The position numbers were made by a program, and so were the translations under genes. DNA of 64,000 nt, taken from a virus. Within the stretch, counting starts at the first letter, position 1; every line of letters begins with the position of its first letter. The notes beneath the pieces were generated by a model. It saw nothing but the letters and a program-made list of their open reading frames with translations. It had not been told where the DNA came from and made no database searches. Where the stretch lies: IMG/VR virus record IMGVR_UViG_3300046007_008377, positions 5,009-69,008 of that record; one strand, written 5' to 3'. This document shows, piece after piece, positions 17,301 through 24,781 of this stretch.

Positions 17301-19481
17301 GAATTGACCGACCAACAAAAAATTGATCGCGCAGAAAAACTTCTTCAAAAAAGGTTAGATGATTTACAGCAAAAAATAGATAGTAACGAAATTGATTATG
17401 CTAAAAAGCCTGAGCCTGTAACTTCTGCCAATTTAGAAGATATGCGTAAATTGAAAAAAGAGTTAGATGCTCAAATTCAAAAAATGCGAGAGGACGCAGG
17501 AATGGCCGAGGCAAGGTTAATTGAATCTGCAAAACGTAACGCTTCTAAAAGACTGGCTACTTTAAAAGAGCGAATTGCTAACAAAGATTTTAGTCCAAAG
17601 AAAAGAAAACCTACACCAACCGATGTAGAACTTAATAAAATAAGAGCTGAAATTGCAGAACAAAAAGAAATTTTTGATAAAGAAGTTTACAAATTAGAAC
17701 TAAAAAACAGAAGGATAGAGCAAAAAGCATTTGATGTTTTAAAAGATATTTTATCTGTTCCTAAAATTCTAAGTTTTACCGTTGACTTAAGTTTTGTTGG
17801 TATTCAGAACGTTACTCAAATTTACAAAATGAGTGCAAATTCGTTAATTAATTTAGCGAAAACAGGTAGGCTAAAAGGAACGTTTAGAGAGGCAATGGCA
17901 AAAACATTTAAAGCAATGGCTAGTCCTAGCTTTGAACAAAAATACATGCAGGCGGTAAAAGCAAATCCAAACTATCAATTATGGAAAGATTCTAAATTAG
18001 GAATTGTAGAATCTCACTATAAAGAATCTGCTAAGGCCGAAGTTTTTCAAAACAATTTAGTAACTACATTGTTTGATATTTTAGGAAACTATGTAGCTTC
18101 AAAAGGATTTGATAAAACAGGAGACATTATCAAAAACTACATAAACGTTATTAGTATTTTTGAAAGAGGTCAAACGGTTTTTGAAAATCAAATGAGAATT
18201 AATCGTTTTCAAGAAGGTGCTGATTTACTAAAAGCGCAAGGATTTAATCCTATTGACGATATTAAAGAGTATAAAAAAGTTGCTGCTGCGGTAAACACAT
18301 TGACAGGTAGAGCTAATACAGGAAGTAAGTTTGCTGCCGCGGCAAGAGAAGCAAACGGAACATTATTTTCGTCATTTTCAAACTGGGCGGCAGGGGTAAA
18401 TCAATTGAATCCATATTGGTATTACACACTTACTCCAACTGCAAGAAAAATGGCATTAACCGATGTTGCGCATCATATTGTAGGGGCAGGTTCATTACTT
18501 AGTATGGCTGCGATATACGCTTTAGGACAAGACGATGATGATGAAAATAAAGTTACTGTAGAAACAGATCCTACAAGTTCTGATTTTGCGTTAATTAAAG
18601 TAGGTAATTTACGAATTGACCCATGGGCAGGTAAGAAAACTACAGTAGTTGCTTTTGCTAGATTAAGATATGCTGAAAAAAAAGACAAATACGGCAATTT
18701 CAAAAAATACGGATTTGAATATGAAGATGAAGATTGGATTGATTTACCATTAGAATATGTCGGAAACAAAATTGCTCCAGGTCCAAGATTTGCTATTGAC
18801 CGTTTCTTTAAAACTAAAAAAGTAGAGTATCAAGGAAAATCATTTAGAGAAGATAAATATGGTGTGGACTTCAAAGAATCTAAATACCTAGTTCCACTTA
18901 TTTTTGAAAACTTTAGAGAAGTAAACGAAGAGCAGCCTAGTTTATTTGGAAAAGCAACAATGGCTTTATCTTGGACAGGGATAATCAACACAAATGTATA
19001 TGGCGGAATGAAAGAAGGCTTTAAAGATATGCCTGATGATTTGATTGAAAAAGAATACAAGGTAAAAATTCAAAAAATAAAAGACGATGAAAAAAAATTA
19101 GAATTTAACGTCGATAAAATGACTAAGGAGTACGTTGAGAAGAAAATCAACAAATTTCAAATTATGCAAAAAGTAGATTCTTTAGCAGAAGGAGATCCTG
19201 AGTTATTTAATAAAACAATGAAATCTATAATACAAAAAGTAAATAAAGAAGAATTAAAAACTTTGGTTACTGATCCGTTTTACTTAGGACTAAAAAAAGA
19301 AAAAAATCCAAAAATTCAAGCAATTCTTTTCTATAGTAAATTTAAAGATGATAAAGGAATGTCTGACAAAGACAAAAAGGAAAGAGATAAAAATTTACGA
19401 TACGTAGAATTTGATTTAAGTCCTGAATTTATTAGGGCATATCAAGAATTAAAAAACACTAAAAAGAAACCCATCAATTAA
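11325..19481 (+). CDS. Giant putative ejected polyvalent protein with SF2 (Strawberry-notch/DarB-like) helicase domain
   Basis: 2718 aa; LADGTGVGKT (Walker A), IYDEAHN (motif II), VTATP (III), STGIDL (V), QILGRVSR (VI); long coiled coils. Confidence 0.75.
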   Translation: MAVPCIEYKGKKYSYAEFATLLHDGELANLVNDGVLKGFEDIPSELKIVRDEAVPARNTPANENVQPRVEPLGKVRNVEQQNAPKENVQPANDVRASEVTNEVTLDDIQNFINETYLNDEKGSPTAKADQGAIEDSNEKNRAIPIVEKGKKQVKVTKEGKVSMQGRKSLAKRQFKGDRKTASEIDPTDATSLALQYFVNGGKVASDYFAKKSERQARTNGLNGIASKEAKTAKGRKATIDEIAHDIWESAENEKLNIDSRDIKNAVEDVVNGNLTVQNVVDSLLKSYNVEKEDLADYERKYAEAFQEYQEEEQDYSEESIKNIESSLDYLSDAEIVELANSQEKSFDDYIKDLESRQVTYDLGPFISEQGTIQPDGYILSEDGELLSPESVRNVKQVNPGVKAVEKLKTPVSKKSPELIEVNKQLKEAQEKEKTAKDALLRKMAKLDNEAIKDNQDLFGKRKSEDANLLFDERVDSNARNKVLEKEKARLNEIREEIKALKETKAKIESGETVSTSEMDFESQKKVNTGNVEINKQIENGNITPKQVDEFVNDDRKAAEIEPIVKAVESKAKSDSKVELKQVVVDVENEIKREPADRRDDGRVQKYSGKSLVQQENKRPGIVVQAESKMPPTKNFVSRNYEIDEVQKQGVNSALSLFENGGKSFLLADGTGVGKTRQILVTAKEYLDKFGGKVLIISENTTILTKNFANDAKALGINMNEFEFGTYNDLRTGKKGKDNYGLVIYDEAHNLKNQESGKAIAAGNIKSKNNMYVTATPMDTIGSAVYFISEVSGVTEEEAYSMLGLNVKKEKDTLTGQEVKIVTLQEGVAPADIKRNIVKIREEIISKGAMLRREYPFYGEFVEDKISLTEEQAEEQDEIESNWDDRIEAESVNDDGRVNFRKKMNLSGQKSGELSRWSESTKIKYTFKEVVKAIKEGKKVVVIAEGVNETTITAIDKVVPGFLSELSKMLKAEGYKVAEIFGKSDKGEANDKFQSNEVDVVLGTAKSASTGIDLDDQNGNAPRVLFMVTPNYSGNVFQQILGRVSRRNTKSPAQIRLLFNESNIDARRKQIVNGKLQTLKAIQEGVIDDEIEIDIQEAPAPSAEVTVNLEGITLEDISEKAFAVKGDNTKFIKDDIKALGGRYNPKYGWIFPKSRKAEVQEMLNKLSDKNQPSEEAKKLSDKVRNLKIDLGKMGEGGLQSNPLGLPVGIWNVSMDIIATSIDAGMEIGEAIKKAIAYIEKNNKGVFDKIKFANVINNSLANNNIILNETTSLDLKQKKIRGRFLNEAQANKLQKEIESKYVTDKPIELFSKEKDDIRMALFNYENPIAEKNSNGVNLRIATGLIRTNEEGVREKTYLLYADGKIVGEFYSVDDVKKVIKLIEDNLVKEIPEFNSQQIKDNVNAEVDRIAQKVKDLLPGIKDPDLKLQGLSQDDLIDLVANAVKALISKGIDINDAIQQVVASIKERFNVDVDQDLVKAKLNITNIPQDFEREQGRKSVAGRMASGNSAIIKRAIANNSLDYEIENQKEAKEKADAFVDEVGFNNALIAVRDGLVDGGQGAFIYARAIEILEQEINTLKGEDKLDAVADYMKLLDEIAVELDLRSRKYGQFISALANIYYSSKGRYNLTKMVKDYKAENKGVISKEVLEKLKNVEEKLKESEAKLAELETKKRIEEENEAFNNILESVARRKAINTNAKITDKQKLKAFADKLRSFKISNLGGTNVATPYSVVYDLAIEAAAQALELTGAVSDAIKAGVESIRKANLSKDEQQQALSDLFDLFDDSDVTENTSQKGMMSVNDEGMLRIPHSLIREKVENGIDNIEDLVSELMADVKELFPDSDFTERQVRDAVTGYGKISNPTSDEIENQISIIKSIGKIASGIEDANKGQRPLRSGQQRREPTMKERTEMKKLKALLRDLPLADADITKAYKTALDAIKKRLSNEIEELDEQIAKGEKRKGEKSVIEYDQEAKDLKAIRDSKKAELDELVGKPELTDQQKIDRAEKLLQKRLDDLQQKIDSNEIDYAKKPEPVTSANLEDMRKLKKELDAQIQKMREDAGMAEARLIESAKRNASKRLATLKERIANKDFSPKKRKPTPTDVELNKIRAEIAEQKEIFDKEVYKLELKNRRIEQKAFDVLKDILSVPKILSFTVDLSFVGIQNVTQIYKMSANSLINLAKTGRLKGTFREAMAKTFKAMASPSFEQKYMQAVKANPNYQLWKDSKLGIVESHYKESAKAEVFQNNLVTTLFDILGNYVASKGFDKTGDIIKNYINVISIFERGQTVFENQMRINRFQEGADLLKAQGFNPIDDIKEYKKVAAAVNTLTGRANTGSKFAAAAREANGTLFSSFSNWAAGVNQLNPYWYYTLTPTARKMALTDVAHHIVGAGSLLSMAAIYALGQDDDDENKVTVETDPTSSDFALIKVGNLRIDPWAGKKTTVVAFARLRYAEKKDKYGNFKKYGFEYEDEDWIDLPLEYVGNKIAPGPRFAIDRFFKTKKVEYQGKSFREDKYGVDFKESKYLVPLIFENFREVNEEQPSLFGKATMALSWTGIINTNVYGGMKEGFKDMPDDLIEKEYKVKIQKIKDDEKKLEFNVDKMTKEYVEKKINKFQIMQKVDSLAEGDPELFNKTMKSIIQKVNKEELKTLVTDPFYLGLKKEKNPKIQAILFYSKFKDDKGMSDKDKKERDKNLRYVEFDLSPEFIRAYQELKNTKKKPIN

Positions 19482-19493
19482 GATGGGTTTTTT
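19467..19493. terminator. Bidirectional intrinsic terminator
   Basis: AAACCCATC-aattaa-GATGGGTTT hairpin with A/T tracts between convergent genes. Confidence 0.75.
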
Positions 19494-19792
19494 GTTTTAT
19501 AGTTTTTATTTAATTTCTTGTAAAGTAAAATAGCTTTATCTTTTTCTTCAGCAGGAAGTTTATGCACGGCGTAAGAATATGAATTGGCAAATTTATTAGT
19601 TTTTTTATCTAAAACTCTATTTAATTTCAATCCATGCTCGTTGTTTAATTCGCTAATTCTAGTTCGAAAAGACGCTAAATAAGCAAAATCAAATAGCGAC
19701 ACATACCCTTGAAGTATTAAAGTCAATAAAATTTCTTCTGTGTTTGTTGTAGGGTATTCATAACCCTCAAATAATTCAATTTGTGTTCCCAT
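19478..19792 (-). CDS. Small winged-HTH protein
   Basis: 104 aa; EILLTLILQGYVS...FRTRISEL pattern. Confidence 0.5.
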   Translation of the reverse strand: MGTQIELFEGYEYPTTNTEEILLTLILQGYVSLFDFAYLASFRTRISELNNEHGLKLNRVLDKKTNKFANSYSYAVHKLPAEEKDKAILLYKKLNKNYKTKNPS

Positions 19793-19809
19793 TTTTATTT
19801 AGATTTAGA

Positions 19810-20469
19810 TTAATATTCAAATACACAATATTCTTCTTCGTAAATAGCTAATTCTAAATTGATTTGATTACGAAGTTCGATGCGTTGTTTTAGATTATAT
19901 GTTTTGTCTACTGATTTTAACTTAGAAACAATTTTACGCGCTTTTAGCGTTAGTTCGTGGTAATCCTCATTAGTATATGGTAATTTAGGAGTTCGTCGCA
20001 ATTCGCTAATAAAATCCATGTAATTCTGACCATATTCTTTTACTAATCCTTCGCGAAGTAAACCGTCTTCGTTTTGAAAGTGATTTGATTGTGCCGACTG
20101 CCGGTGTATATTATGGCAATTGTACCGGATTGTTTGATTACTTCCTCTAGAAAATATATGTCCTGCATGTACTTGGTTTGAATAAATTCCTTTTGCTAGA
20201 CATGGCAGGTCTTGGTCAATTAGCCGAACTATAAAATTTACTTCATTCTGGAGTTCGTTTTTCCAATTCGTAATAGCATCTCGAAGTTTCTTTTTTTCTT
20301 CAATAGACTTTTTACGATCTTCTTTCTTCTTAACAATCTTGTTTTTTTCTACAATTTTCATAGCGTAAGAAACCTTACAATCATACTTGTCGCAAGTTGG
20401 CTCCAAAGAACTTCTTTTAGGAGTAAACCTTTCTTGACAAATTTTACACTTTTTAGTTATCGATTTCAT
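19810..20469 (-). CDS. ninG: NinG/Rap-like recombination endonuclease
   Basis: N-terminal CxxC...CxxxxC, then DLPCLA, HAGH, SRG, RYNCHNIHRQ motifs characteristic of NinG. Confidence 0.75.
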   Translation of the reverse strand: MKSITKKCKICQERFTPKRSSLEPTCDKYDCKVSYAMKIVEKNKIVKKKEDRKKSIEEKKKLRDAITNWKNELQNEVNFIVRLIDQDLPCLAKGIYSNQVHAGHIFSRGSNQTIRYNCHNIHRQSAQSNHFQNEDGLLREGLVKEYGQNYMDFISELRRTPKLPYTNEDYHELTLKARKIVSKLKSVDKTYNLKQRIELRNQINLELAIYEEEYCVFEY

Positions 20470-20623
20470 CTCTACTAATTATTTCAACTTTAAAAACAAA
20501 ACTTCTACGTTTCTTCGCTAATTCTATTGCTTGTTCATCATTTTCTGCATAGACTTCAATATTCTCAAAGTCTTTTTCATCTTTACCATAACGAAAGTGT
20601 ATTGTAATTTTGTGATTTTTCAT
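20453..20623 (-). CDS. Hypothetical protein (56 aa, below track cutoff)
   Basis: MKNHKITIHFRYGKDEKDFENIEVYAENDEQAIELAKKRR..., read by hand; fills operon gap. Confidence 0.55.
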   Translation of the reverse strand: MKNHKITIHFRYGKDEKDFENIEVYAENDEQAIELAKKRRSFVFKVEIISRDEIDN

Positions 20624-20707
20624 AATTTTTTTTCATCAAAATAAAACTTCATAATCAATATTGCAATTACTACAAATATTCCAAATATTATTGGCTGCGT
20701 TCCCATG

Positions 20708-20902
20708 TTACTTTTTTAAACAAATTATTTTTCCGTTAATTCCTTGTCTTACGACTATTTTTTTTTCTTTGTGAAGCTCGTTGAGAAGTATTTTCAATTC
20801 GCGAATTGGAAAATGCAAAATATTCACTAAATCAGCAACAGAAATTCCCTGAGAAGTGCTATCGTCTTTTTCTTGTAAAAGTTTTAGTATCTCTAGCTTC
20901 AT
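20708..20902 (-). CDS. Small winged-HTH protein
   Basis: GISVADLVNILHFPIRELKILLNELHKEKKI; ATGA-coupled to upstream gene. Confidence 0.55.
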   Translation of the reverse strand: MKLEILKLLQEKDDSTSQGISVADLVNILHFPIRELKILLNELHKEKKIVVRQGINGKIICLKK

Positions 20903-21594
20903 TTTATAATTAATCTTTTACGCTTTAAATAATCCAAATAAGGCTTCATTTTTTCTTTTTGAGACCATTCTAAAATAGTTTGTTCAAGCATCGCTCTATC
21001 CATTGATTTTGCCATTTCATCAATATAATTTTCAGCTTTTATTTTTCTCTCCTGGTCCTCTTTTTGTTTTCTAATTTTGGCGTAATAAATTTCAACTGCA
21101 TTATTTTCGTCTTTCAAAGATTCATTTGTTTTTTTATTCTGGCGCTCTACTTCAATGTATTTTTTGTCAAGATATTCTGGAAACCATTTTGCTAATACAT
21201 TTTGGCCGTCTAACTTATAATCTTTTCCGTCACCGATAATTCCTTGCCTAACTTGTTTTAACATCAACACGACGTCCTCAATCGTTTCGTATGGATATTT
21301 TTCTACAATATCTGAAGCTAATAAAGCTGCTTGCTGATCCGTCAATGATTTTCCAACATTAAAATTAGAATTAAATCTTTTTATCAAGTAACAAATTGCT
21401 GTAATTGTATTTATTTCGCCAACTTCTTTTTCAAGTTTTCTTAAATTGGTTCCGTTAATTGCATTTAACAAACTTAGGTTTTTTTCAAAAACAATTAAAC
21501 CTACCTCATCTTGTGATCCCAAACATCGCATTAACTGCGTTGACTGCTGATTGCTTATGGTCGGCATCTGACTTATCTCTATCTTGTTTTCCAT
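20899..21594 (-). CDS. Replication-associated protein (possible helicase loader)
   Basis: 231 aa immediately downstream of and overlapping the initiator gene; function inferred from position only. Confidence 0.4.
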   Translation of the reverse strand: MENKIEISQMPTISNQQSTQLMRCLGSQDEVGLIVFEKNLSLLNAINGTNLRKLEKEVGEINTITAICYLIKRFNSNFNVGKSLTDQQAALLASDIVEKYPYETIEDVVLMLKQVRQGIIGDGKDYKLDGQNVLAKWFPEYLDKKYIEVERQNKKTNESLKDENNAVEIYYAKIRKQKEDQERKIKAENYIDEMAKSMDRAMLEQTILEWSQKEKMKPYLDYLKRKRLIIK

Positions 21595-22249
21595 TTGTGC
21601 TGTTTTTTAAATTATCTACCCAGTTATGCTTAAAGCTACTCCAACTATTTGAAACCGCTATTTGGAGCATTTCGTTAATATTACAATTTCTGCTTTCCAT
21701 TTCGTTTATAAAAGTTTTAAATGCGGTTTCTGTGTTAGATGCTTTTTTATTTTTTCGAACTAAAAGCCAATCGTCAACTAAATTTTCAAAAAAACCATAT
21801 TCAATTAATTCTAAACGAAAATTAAATTTTTTTTGTGAAGCAACTATAATATCTTTTTTTGTTTCTTTTTTTAAAAGAATATCATTATCATTTACATTAT
21901 CATTTACATTAACACTATCATTAACATTTACATTTACATTTACATTATCAGTAGACGAAATTGAACGCTCGTTAACGCTCGTTGCATTTCGTTTACGAAC
22001 TTCAGCGCTCCTTAAACCTGCTTGTTTACGTTGTTCTAATTGAGATTCCCATTTTGATAAATCTCTTTTTAATTGCATTTTAATAGGCTCAAAAGCAATA
22101 TTTAAAAGAAGTTCTTCGCTAATTGGATTTTGTTCATTCACAAAAGCGTATATATGCTTAAATAAACGTCCAGCTACATCATCAGGTAGTTGGTTTACTA
22201 AACCTTGACTATCGGAATAAAGTACAAATGATTTTTTATTTTCAAACAT
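21506..22249 (-). CDS. Replication initiator (DUF6291-like N-terminus)
   Basis: Likely start MFENKKSFVLY at 22249; KKSFVLYxD...AGRLFKHIY pattern, (NV)n linker, C-terminal WLLVRKNKK...AFK domain. Confidence 0.65.
   Translation of the reverse strand: MFENKKSFVLYSDSQGLVNQLPDDVAGRLFKHIYAFVNEQNPISEELLLNIAFEPIKMQLKRDLSKWESQLEQRKQAGLRSAEVRKRNATSVNERSISSTDNVNVNVNVNDSVNVNDNVNDNDILLKKETKKDIIVASQKKFNFRLELIEYGFFENLVDDWLLVRKNKKASNTETAFKTFINEMESRNCNINEMLQIAVSNSWSSFKHNWVDNLKNSTNGKQDRDKSDADHKQSAVNAVNAMFGITR
21882..21950. repeat. Hexamer-based tandem repeat (CATTTA/CATTAT) within initiator gene
   Basis: TCATTATCATTTACATTATCATTTACATTAAC...CATTTACATTTACATTTACATTATCA, encoding DNVNVNVNVNDSVNVNDNVNDND. Confidence 0.8.
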
Positions 22250-22463
22250 TATTAACCTCGCTTTCTGTAATTTTATTAATTTCAGTTCGAAGTGTTTTAG
22301 CAAATTTAATTGCAGTTGATTTATCTAAATGTACACAAACTCCAGATGTATTTGTTTGCTTTTCGTCTCTACAATAAATAGATATAACTCCATTTAATTT
22401 ATGAACATCAATAAACGTAGAATCGTCGTTACAATCAACAAAAGATAAAAGATATTTTGCCAT
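22242..22463 (-). CDS. Hypothetical protein
   Basis: 73 aa, LDKSTAIKFAKTLRTEI; first gene behind structured leader. Confidence 0.6.
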   Translation of the reverse strand: MAKYLLSFVDCNDDSTFIDVHKLNGVISIYCRDEKQTNTSGVCVHLDKSTAIKFAKTLRTEINKITESEVNNV

Positions 22464-22505
22464 AATAATAAAGGTTTTTAAGATACCAGTAAACTATTAA
22501 AATTG

Positions 22506-22608
22506 AAAATCCGACACAGTCAGCGTATTGTGAGATTTCGCTTTCCGTATCGGATTTTTATAATATTTTAAGGCGTAATAAATCTCACTAAATTACAGAG
22601 CAAATATA
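22506..22608 (-). promoter_or_regulatory. -7 box (22601-22608) plus structured leader RNA
   Basis: TATATTTG on minus strand; 12-bp stem 22506-22517/22547-22558; loop complementary to 22580-22588. Confidence 0.6.
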
Positions 22609-22663
22609 TAAAGAACTTTTAATCTACCAAACAATCATGTAAAAAATTCAATTAATTCTAAAA

Positions 22664-22870
22664 CTATTTTACTTTTAAAATATCAAAAGTAAAGTTAGAA
22701 TACATTTTTATTTGATCTACACGAACGGTAATTATATCTCCGCCATCACATAAAGCAACGGTCCATAAATCATTTTCAAACGTTCCGCCAGAAGTTACAT
22801 AAATTGCCATACCTTCTTTTCCGTTTTCTTTTACAACTACTGGAATTGGGTTTTGAAATTCTAACATCAT
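22664..22870 (-). CDS. Hypothetical protein
   Basis: 68 aa ORF in operon. Confidence 0.6.
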   Translation of the reverse strand: MMLEFQNPIPVVVKENGKEGMAIYVTSGGTFENDLWTVALCDGGDIITVRVDQIKMYSNFTFDILKVK

Positions 22871-22880
22871 AATTTGCTAA

Positions 22881-23261
22881 TTAAAAGGGTGGGTCTGACA
22901 TGTCGTGATCTATATTATCTACAAAACTATTTGTTTGATTAGCTTGCGGATATTCCATAGGTGAAGTTTGCGTTGTAGCTGTATTGTTATGTTGAGCGCT
23001 TTCTCTTTGTATGCGCCAGGCGGTAAGTCCAATATAGTATTTACCATTGTATTCAGAACCTCGAAGATTCGCGCTTACCACAACAATATCTCCAACACTA
23101 AAATTTTGCAAATAATCTGTTTTATCTTTTAAGAAGTCTATTGGAATGTCGGTCGGGTATTGCCCGTCTTCAGTTACTACAACTTGAATTTTTGTAAATC
23201 CACTATCAAATGTTTGTAATTCGCCAATTAATTTTATCTCTCCTTTAATTTCTACTGTCAT
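22881..23261 (-). CDS. DUF3127-like single-stranded DNA-binding protein
   Basis: QYPTDIPIDF, NLRGSEYNGKYY, LTAWRI, acidic DPPF C-terminus. Confidence 0.8.
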   Translation of the reverse strand: MTVEIKGEIKLIGELQTFDSGFTKIQVVVTEDGQYPTDIPIDFLKDKTDYLQNFSVGDIVVVSANLRGSEYNGKYYIGLTAWRIQRESAQHNNTATTQTSPMEYPQANQTNSFVDNIDHDMSDPPF

Positions 23262-23271
23262 TATTTTATTT

Positions 23272-23814
23272 TTAAATATTAATATATGTTTTTCTTCTTA
23301 AAATATTACTCATTGCGGTTTGACTTATATCGTAATCTTTTGCAAGCTCTGAATTTTTAAAACCAATTCTATGTAATTCTCTTACCTTTAAAACATCTTC
23401 ATTTTTTAATTTTGACATATGATGTTTTTCGCAAGTATTTGGGTTGCACAAACCATTTTTTACAGCATGTATTTGGTTATATTGATTTGTACACCATTCT
23501 AAATTTTCAACTTTATTATCTGCTTTAATGCCGTTAATATGGTTTACTTGAGGTAAATTTAATGGATTAGGAATAAAAGCTATTGCAACTAATCTGTGCG
23601 CGCCAGTTGTAAATGATTTTTTATTTAAATATAATCTAACTCTCGAATATCCTTTATAACAAATATGCTGTTTTAAAGTTCTTCCCGTTTGTTTACCACT
23701 ACCTACTCTTCCTTTACAATAATGGTCTATTGATTTAACATTTCCTAAATTACTGACTTGATAAATTTCTTCATAGCCAGGAACGTCTTTCCAAATTTCT
23801 TTTTGATTTTCCAT
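23272..23814 (-). CDS. NUMOD4-HNH homing endonuclease
   Basis: EIWKDVPGYEEIYQVSNLGNVKS (NUMOD4), HRLVA, VNHINGIKADNKVENLEW (HNH), C-terminal HTH. Confidence 0.9.
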   Translation of the reverse strand: MENQKEIWKDVPGYEEIYQVSNLGNVKSIDHYCKGRVGSGKQTGRTLKQHICYKGYSRVRLYLNKKSFTTGAHRLVAIAFIPNPLNLPQVNHINGIKADNKVENLEWCTNQYNQIHAVKNGLCNPNTCEKHHMSKLKNEDVLKVRELHRIGFKNSELAKDYDISQTAMSNILRRKTYINI

Positions 23815-23817
23815 AAG

Positions 23818-23938
23818 AATAAATACCCGTAAAGCAACAAAAGGCTATCCGATTGGCTAATTATTAGCGAAGTGGCAGTTGAGGTTTACGGGATTTATTT
23901 GATGTTGTCATTTTTAATCAGATAGCAGTACAAATGTA
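23818..23938 (-). promoter_or_regulatory. -7 box (23931-23938) plus structured leader RNA of HNH gene
   Basis: TACATTTG on minus strand; stem 23818-23833/23885-23899; 23916-23926 complementary to 23844-23854. Confidence 0.6.
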
Positions 23939-23946
23939 CGAAAAAA

Positions 23947-24780
23947 TTATATTTGGTTCAGCTTAATTGAATTATAATATTCCAAAGCCATAGGAATTTT
24001 TGCAAGCAACGCCTTTTCTTTATCTAAATCTCTTTGAATAACAAACGTTTTTACTCTTTCTTCTTTAGTGTAAGCAGGATTGTCGGAAAAAATTAAATTA
24101 CGCCTTAATTGGTCAAAAAGGGGTTTAACTGATTCTTCATCAATATCAATAATGCCGTATCTGTTTTTAACTTTCCAAATTTCATTTTCAAATAAATTTT
24201 CTGGACAATCAGTCAACACATAATGCAAGTGAAATTCTTCAGCATCGTAAAGGTGCATATAAGTTCTTCCCTGCCATTCGTAAATTGTATTTAATTCTCC
24301 AGACATAAATGTTTTTGGAGACCAAGAGCATTTTATATCCTTAATGACTTTTTTGCCATTAATAACGCAATTAATATCACATTCTCCTGTAATATTTCCA
24401 ACAGTAACTCTTTCTGTATTTTTCATTGTAAAAGACAAATTTTCAACATCAGAAACAAGGCCAATTCCACTATCTTCGTTTTGAAGACCTTTCATTACTT
24501 GCTTACTTTTAAGCTCTTCGTAGTAACCTTTTTTATTGAATAGCCACATAGATTCAATGTATCTTTTAGCGGTGTCTGAAAGTTGAGGTGGAGCATCACG
24601 TTTTAATTTTAACTCCATGTATAACTTTCTTTGAATTTCGGTTAAAGGCTTACCATTGTTTATTATTCTATCTTCAAAATCATTTAAAGTAGTTAATTGA
24701 TTATCTGTTATTACCGCACCCATTTTTTCAACCATAAGCGCTCCAATTCCAGAAGCGCGAAATAAAACTTGTTTACTCAT
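23947..24780 (-). CDS. YqaJ/lambda-exonuclease-like recombination nuclease
   Basis: FRASGIG, GECDI, DIKCSW, YEWQGRTYM (PD-(D/E)xK); adjacent to RecT. Confidence 0.75.
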   Translation of the reverse strand: MSKQVLFRASGIGALMVEKMGAVITDNQLTTLNDFEDRIINNGKPLTEIQRKLYMELKLKRDAPPQLSDTAKRYIESMWLFNKKGYYEELKSKQVMKGLQNEDSGIGLVSDVENLSFTMKNTERVTVGNITGECDINCVINGKKVIKDIKCSWSPKTFMSGELNTIYEWQGRTYMHLYDAEEFHLHYVLTDCPENLFENEIWKVKNRYGIIDIDEESVKPLFDQLRRNLIFSDNPAYTKEERVKTFVIQRDLDKEKALLAKIPMALEYYNSIKLNQI

Positions 24781-24781
24781 A

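Noticed and set aside
12368-19060. Numerous minus-strand ORFs within the giant gene (and similar ones in terL, portal and groEL)
   Set aside because: S/F/L-rich antisense shadows of E/K-rich coding sequence.
6689-19481. crAss-type virion RNA polymerase
   Set aside because: No DFDxD/DxDGD catalytic motif seen; helicase motifs instead.
21459-22043. 194-aa plus-strand ORF
   Set aside because: Antisense shadow of the initiator gene, kept open by the repeat.
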